A stretch of 64,000 bases of DNA from Candidatus Methanomethylophilaceae archaeon (GTDB lineage Archaea; Thermoplasmatota; Thermoplasmata; Methanomassiliicoccales; Methanomethylophilaceae). Shown here piece by piece: positions 59,953-64,000 of the stretch. The notes beneath the pieces are model-generated. The model made no database searches. It was not told the origin of the DNA and saw only the letters and a program-made list of their open reading frames with translations. Both the position numbers and the translations under genes were made by a program. The stretch covers positions 290,687 through 354,686 of the forward strand of contig CALUHR010000013.1 of NCBI GenBank assembly GCA_944320495.1. The letters run 5' to 3'. The first letter of the stretch is position 1, and every line of letters starts with the position of its first letter.

Positions 59953-61059
59953 ATGTCGGAAAGCAAGGAGTTCAAGGCGGACAGCCTTGAGAAGGTAAGG
60001 CAGGCGGTCAACGTCTGCACCATGTGCGGATTCTGCAAGAGCGTCTGCCCGTCGTTCAAATCGATCGGGTGGGATTCCGCGCTGTCCCGCGGGCGCATAG
60101 TGCTGACGTACGGTCTGCTGACCGGCGACCTCCAGCCGGACGAGTCGCTCGTCAGGAACATGTACACGTGCACCACCTGCGCGGACTGCGTCCGCAGGTG
60201 CCCGTCCAAGGTCGAGATCGTGGACATCATCGAGCTCTGCCGCGCGGACCTCGTGAAGGCGGGATGCATCCTGCCCAAGCACAAGTTGATGTGCGACAAC
60301 ATCATGTCCACCGGCAACCCCTTCGGCGAGAAGGCCACCAGGGAGGAGGCGTTGGGCAGGAAGCCGCACGCGGCAAAGGTCGGATACTTCGCCGGATGCA
60401 CCGCCACGTACCGCTCCAAGGAGACTGCCAGGGCGACGATGTCCATCTTCGACAAGCTCGGCGTCGACTTCACCACCCTCGACGAGACCTGCTGCGGATC
60501 CGTCATGCAGAGGGTCGGATGGCCCCAGGGCGACGTCACGGAGCTGATGAGGAAGAACGTCGAGGCGATCAAGGCCCTCGGCGTCGAGACCCTCGTCCTC
60601 TCCTGCGCCGGATGCTACAGGATGTTCAAGCTGGAGTACCCCAAGTACGTGGACGTGCCCTTCGAAGTCCTCCACATCACGGAGTTCCTGGCCAGGCAGG
60701 ACCTGAAGCTAAAGCCGATGGACGGCGTGAAGGCCACGTACCACGACCCCTGCCACCTGGGCAGGCACTGCGGTGTGTACGAGCCCCCGCGCGAGGTCAT
60801 CGCGAAGATCCCCGGCCTCGAGTTCAAGGAGATGAAGTACAACAGGAAGACCAGCCACTGCTGCGGAGGCGGCGGAGGAGTCAGGTCCGCCTACCCGGAG
60901 GAGGCAATGGACATCGCCTCCACCAGGCTCGACGAGGCCGGGTCGGCCGACCTCATGATCACGTGCTGCCCGTTCTGCGTCAACAACCTGTCCGCCGCCA
61001 AGGGCGACAGGAAGATCGAGGTCCGCGACCTCGTGGAGCTCATCGACGAGCTGATGTGA
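59953..61059 (+). CDS. HdrD/GlcF-like (Fe-S)-binding protein, second paralog
   Basis: CTMCGFCKSVCP, CTTCADCVRRCP, two CCG domains. Confidence 0.88.
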   Translation: MSESKEFKADSLEKVRQAVNVCTMCGFCKSVCPSFKSIGWDSALSRGRIVLTYGLLTGDLQPDESLVRNMYTCTTCADCVRRCPSKVEIVDIIELCRADLVKAGCILPKHKLMCDNIMSTGNPFGEKATREEALGRKPHAAKVGYFAGCTATYRSKETARATMSIFDKLGVDFTTLDETCCGSVMQRVGWPQGDVTELMRKNVEAIKALGVETLVLSCAGCYRMFKLEYPKYVDVPFEVLHITEFLARQDLKLKPMDGVKATYHDPCHLGRHCGVYEPPREVIAKIPGLEFKEMKYNRKTSHCCGGGGGVRSAYPEEAMDIASTRLDEAGSADLMITCCPFCVNNLSAAKGDRKIEVRDLVELIDELM

Positions 61060-61060
61060 T

Positions 61061-61855
61061 TTGTCATCCAAACCCTGGAGGGCCCTTCGGGGCCCTCCCA
61101 CCATAATGGGGATCCTGAACGTGACCCCCGACTCGTTCTCCGACGGCGGCCTCTGGACCGATCCGACGGCGGCCGTCCGCCACGCGTTCGACATGGTCGA
61201 CCAGGGGGCCGGCGTGATAGACATCGGTGCGGAGTCCACACGCCCCAACGCCTCCCCGGTGACCGCCCAGGAGGAACTGGCCAGGCTGGAGCCGGTCCTG
61301 AAGGAGCTGGCCCCGTCCGTGGACGTCCCCATATCGGTGGACACCATGAAGGCAGAGGTGGCCGAGCGCTGCATAGCCCTCGGCGCCACGATCGTCAACG
61401 ACGTCCTCGGTCTCCGCGGACCGGGTATGACGGAGGTCTGCGCGTCGACCGGGGTCGACGTCGTCATCATGCATATGAATGGTATGCCCGAGTCCATGCC
61501 GGCGGCCATGGGCGACGGATTCATGGACGAGATCAGGGGGTTCCTGGAGGCCCGCGCATCGTACGCCCTGGACGCCGGCATCCGCAGGGAATCCATCATC
61601 CTGGATCCGGGGATAGGGTTCGGCAAGGATCCTGTCCAGAACTCCGAGATACTGGAGAACAGCTCGTATTTCTCATGCGGAGGGTATCCGGTTCTCTCCG
61701 CATCGTCACGCAAGCGGTTCCTGGCAACCCGCTATCCCGGCATGGACAGGGACGACGCATCCGCGGAGGCGGCGCTGGTCGCGGTCCGCTCCGGTGCCGC
61801 GATGGTCCGCGTCCACGACGTGGCCCGCACCGCCGAGCTTCTGGGGGTCCGCTGA
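61061..61855 (+). CDS. folP: Dihydropteroate synthase
   Basis: MGILNVTPDSFSDGG, DIGAESTRP, DPGIGFGK, SRKRF, VRVHDV; start uncertain. Confidence 0.92.
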   Translation: MSSKPWRALRGPPTIMGILNVTPDSFSDGGLWTDPTAAVRHAFDMVDQGAGVIDIGAESTRPNASPVTAQEELARLEPVLKELAPSVDVPISVDTMKAEVAERCIALGATIVNDVLGLRGPGMTEVCASTGVDVVIMHMNGMPESMPAAMGDGFMDEIRGFLEARASYALDAGIRRESIILDPGIGFGKDPVQNSEILENSSYFSCGGYPVLSASSRKRFLATRYPGMDRDDASAEAALVAVRSGAAMVRVHDVARTAELLGVR

Positions 61856-61859
61856 GGTC

Positions 61860-62087
61860 TCAGAGGTACTTCAGGGCGGTGCCGACGGCCATCACGATGA
61901 CGCATACGATGGCCGCGGAGCCCCAGAACAGGTACTCCTTCCTCTTCTCCGCCTTCTCGCGGGCGATCTCGGCCGCCCTGCATTCCTCGTCGCAGAACTC
62001 CTGACCGAACGGGACGGGGTCCCCGCAGAACTTGCAGTGGGAATGCTCGGGAAGTCTGAGGCCGCCTACCATGCCGAGCCCTATCAT
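61860..62087 (-). CDS. DUF2116-family Zn-ribbon membrane protein
   Basis: PEHSHCKFCG.PVP..QEFCDEEC plus a TM helix. Confidence 0.8.
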   Translation of the reverse strand: MIGLGMVGGLRLPEHSHCKFCGDPVPFGQEFCDEECRAAEIAREKAEKRKEYLFWGSAAIVCVIVMAVGTALKYL

Positions 62088-62170
62088 TCGCTATTAGATA
62101 AAATGTGACTGGTTAGATTATAAGCGGGCGCGGTCCATCCGTCGATGCCGCTCGGCGGCAGGAGATGCGA

Positions 62171-62404
62171 ATGAGGTTCACACTGCTGAACAGGAAGAGC
62201 AACGCGGCCATCAGGATGGACATGGATCCGTCCGATAGGGTCGGGGAGATAATGGAGACCGTATCCGAGGCATGGGGCTGCGGCAACATCGTCCTGAGGG
62301 ACGGCTATTCGCTCCTGGAACCCGACAGTCTCACCGGCAGCTGCATCTCGGAGGGGGATCTCGTGGAGGTGCTCCCGGATCCGTTCCAGCAGCAGACGGT
62401 TTGA
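62171..62404 (+). CDS. Ubiquitin-like (YukD/EsaB-type beta-grasp) small protein
   Basis: Pattern V.EI...V...W....VLR.G...L.P......I.EGD.VEVLPDP; GGAG spacing favours the ATG at 62171; family judged by eye. Confidence 0.55.
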   Translation: MRFTLLNRKSNAAIRMDMDPSDRVGEIMETVSEAWGCGNIVLRDGYSLLEPDSLTGSCISEGDLVEVLPDPFQQQTV

Positions 62405-62432
62405 AATAGGGGGTGGCTCTGGCCGGCGTCGG

Positions 62433-62786
62433 ATGACAGACAGCAGAGGAAGGATGGGCACGAGGGCGGAGGTCCTGTTCGGGGCCAACGCCATGATCTC
62501 GATCGCCGAGGCCGCGGAGCGGTCCCAGGCGCATGGCGGACTAAGAGGCGGATGGGAGTCAGATGCGAACGGTAGGTTCGCCAGGGTCGAAGGGGCCGGT
62601 GTGCCGGAGGTGGGGATGTACTTCCCGTCCGAGGGCACCGAGCCCGACGATTCCATGTGCGACATCCTGCGCTCGGCCATCGGGGAGGGAGTGCTGGTCG
62701 TCATCGATCCGTACGCCGGGGAGTTGGCCGTGTACATCGTCGATGGTGACGGGTGCAGGACGGCCTCGGCGCTGGTCTCAGAATGA
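62433..62786 (+). CDS. Degenerate JAB/MPN-like protein
   Basis: VGMYFPSEG..SMCD and VLVVIDPY resemble VGWYHSHP..S..D and ..ViDP; the Zn-binding His residues are absent. Confidence 0.45.
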   Translation: MTDSRGRMGTRAEVLFGANAMISIAEAAERSQAHGGLRGGWESDANGRFARVEGAGVPEVGMYFPSEGTEPDDSMCDILRSAIGEGVLVVIDPYAGELAVYIVDGDGCRTASALVSE

Positions 62787-62788
62787 GA

Positions 62789-63334
62789 TCGGACCCAGAT
62801 CGCGTGGCGGCGGCGCATGTCGTCCTCGGAGATCTCCTCGCGGGACATTATCTCGCTGACGATGCCGTCGAACAGCAGCAGCGCGGAGTCCTCGAAGACG
62901 GTCCCCAGGGGGGCCACCCTGTGCAGTCCCTCGCCCTCGGGAACGCTCATGACCAGGGACACGTCGGAGACGCGGGTCAGCGGGCTTCCGCTGGTGCCCG
63001 TTATGCAGAATATCTCGGACCCTATGCGACGGGCGATTTCCGCTGTCTGCACAACCGACGACGTCCTGCCGGTGTAGGATATGAGGAGGGTGAGGTCCTC
63101 CTTCCCGATTATGGGGGTGGTCATCTCGCCCACGAAATGCACGTCGAGCCCGAGCTGGACGAGACGCACCGCGAACATCTGGCCCACCAGCCCGGAGCGG
63201 CCGGACCCGTAGACGAAGACCTTGCGATGGCTCAGGATCCCGGAGACTAGCTCCTCCCTGGCGTCGGCGTCGACCGAGCGGACTGCGGTCCTGCAGGTGT
63301 CCAGCAGGGTGTCCAGGTCGTCCAACTCACTCAC
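62789..63334 (-). CDS. hxlB: 6-phospho-3-hexuloisomerase-like SIS protein (181 aa)
   Basis: VYGSGRSGLV, VGEMTTP, PLGTVFE, MRRRHAIWV then CGA at 62789-62791 (standard code runs to 62084). Confidence 0.88.
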
Positions 63335-64000
63335 CGGCGGCAGCGGCCGCCGCTTCTGACTTGCGACGCTCCTTGAGCTCCTTCGCGGCCCTCTTGGTGA
63401 GGATCCTCTCCTGGATGATCCTCATGTACATCGCGTCGTGCTCCAGCAGCGGGGACATCGAGATGACGGTGCAGTCCGGCCTCATCTCGGCCATGGCCTC
63501 GGCGAGGGGCTCGAACTTCAGGTCGCCCTTCTTGATGGGCGTGAGCCTCTTCTCTCCCGCGTCGCCGTACTCCACGCCGGAGAACTCGGTGTGGAGGCCT
63601 CCCTTGGCATAGGGCTCGACGGTCTCGATGAGGTTGATGAAGTCGTCGGGCTCGATGAGCGTCCCGCCCGTGCGGGAGTGGTAGTGGGCGAAGTTGATGA
63701 CCGGCACCGGTCCGCCGACGGCCTCGCAGATGTCGAGGACCTGCTCGAGGGAGCCGAAGACGTCCTGCTGACCGGTGATCTCGATGCCGAGCCTGCACTT
63801 AAGGCCGACGCCGTTCCACCAGTCCATGAGGGCCCCGAGGTTCTCGTAGATGTGTTCGTCCACGTAGTCCTCGGTGCGCTTGCCGTCGTAGATGCCCAGG
63901 TTCGTGACCACGATGTCCCCGTCCAGGGCGTCCAGGATGATGCCGGCGTGCCTTATGCTGTCGATGCAGCTGAAGGCGAGCTCGTTCTCGTCGCCCAGGT
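63327..64000 (-). CDS. Endonuclease IV-like TIM-barrel protein (5' end outside window)
   Basis: EITGQQDVFGS, NFAHYHSR, GEKRLTP, SPLLEHDA. Confidence 0.8.
   Translation of the reverse strand, partial: LGDENELAFSCIDSIRHAGIILDALDGDIVVTNLGIYDGKRTEDYVDEHIYENLGALMDWWNGVGLKCRLGIEITGQQDVFGSLEQVLDICEAVGGPVPVINFAHYHSRTGGTLIEPDDFINLIETVEPYAKGGLHTEFSGVEYGDAGEKRLTPIKKGDLKFEPLAEAMAEMRPDCTVISMSPLLEHDAMYMRIIQERILTKRAAKELKERRKSEAAAAAAGE

Noticed and set aside
62165-62170. ATG at 62165 as start of the Ubl gene (would give an internal CGA at codon 2)
   Set aside because: GGAG abuts this ATG but sits 6 nt from ATG 62171, so it is not a valid counter-example.

Overview
High-GC archaeal chromosome segment. MCM, Rpo6, uS2, PAN, RPA, gyrAB and an MtaA-family methyltransferase point to Methanomassiliicoccales (inference). 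It holds about 65 protein genes (replication/repair, purine synthesis, a metal ABC importer, two Lhr helicases, a LarA/CCG-protein region), 4 tRNAs, a tandem HipA-like kinase/partner island and some gene remnants. No CRISPR array or rRNA was seen. Main observation: CGA appears to act as a stop codon. In 15 genes the first in-frame CGA falls at or within a few codons of the expected C-terminus. I found no internal CGA in the well-supported genes I scanned by hand. Reading CGA as stop removes five implausible run-on ORFs, restores standard stop/start overlaps and leaves no TAG-terminated gene. CDS ends below use CGA where this applies, with the standard-code end given in the evidence. Other candidates: a structured RNA of about 200 nt after a DIP1984-family gene, a degenerate ubiquitin-like/JAB pair, a Z-DNA-prone tract at the gyrase promoter and a NikR-type operator.
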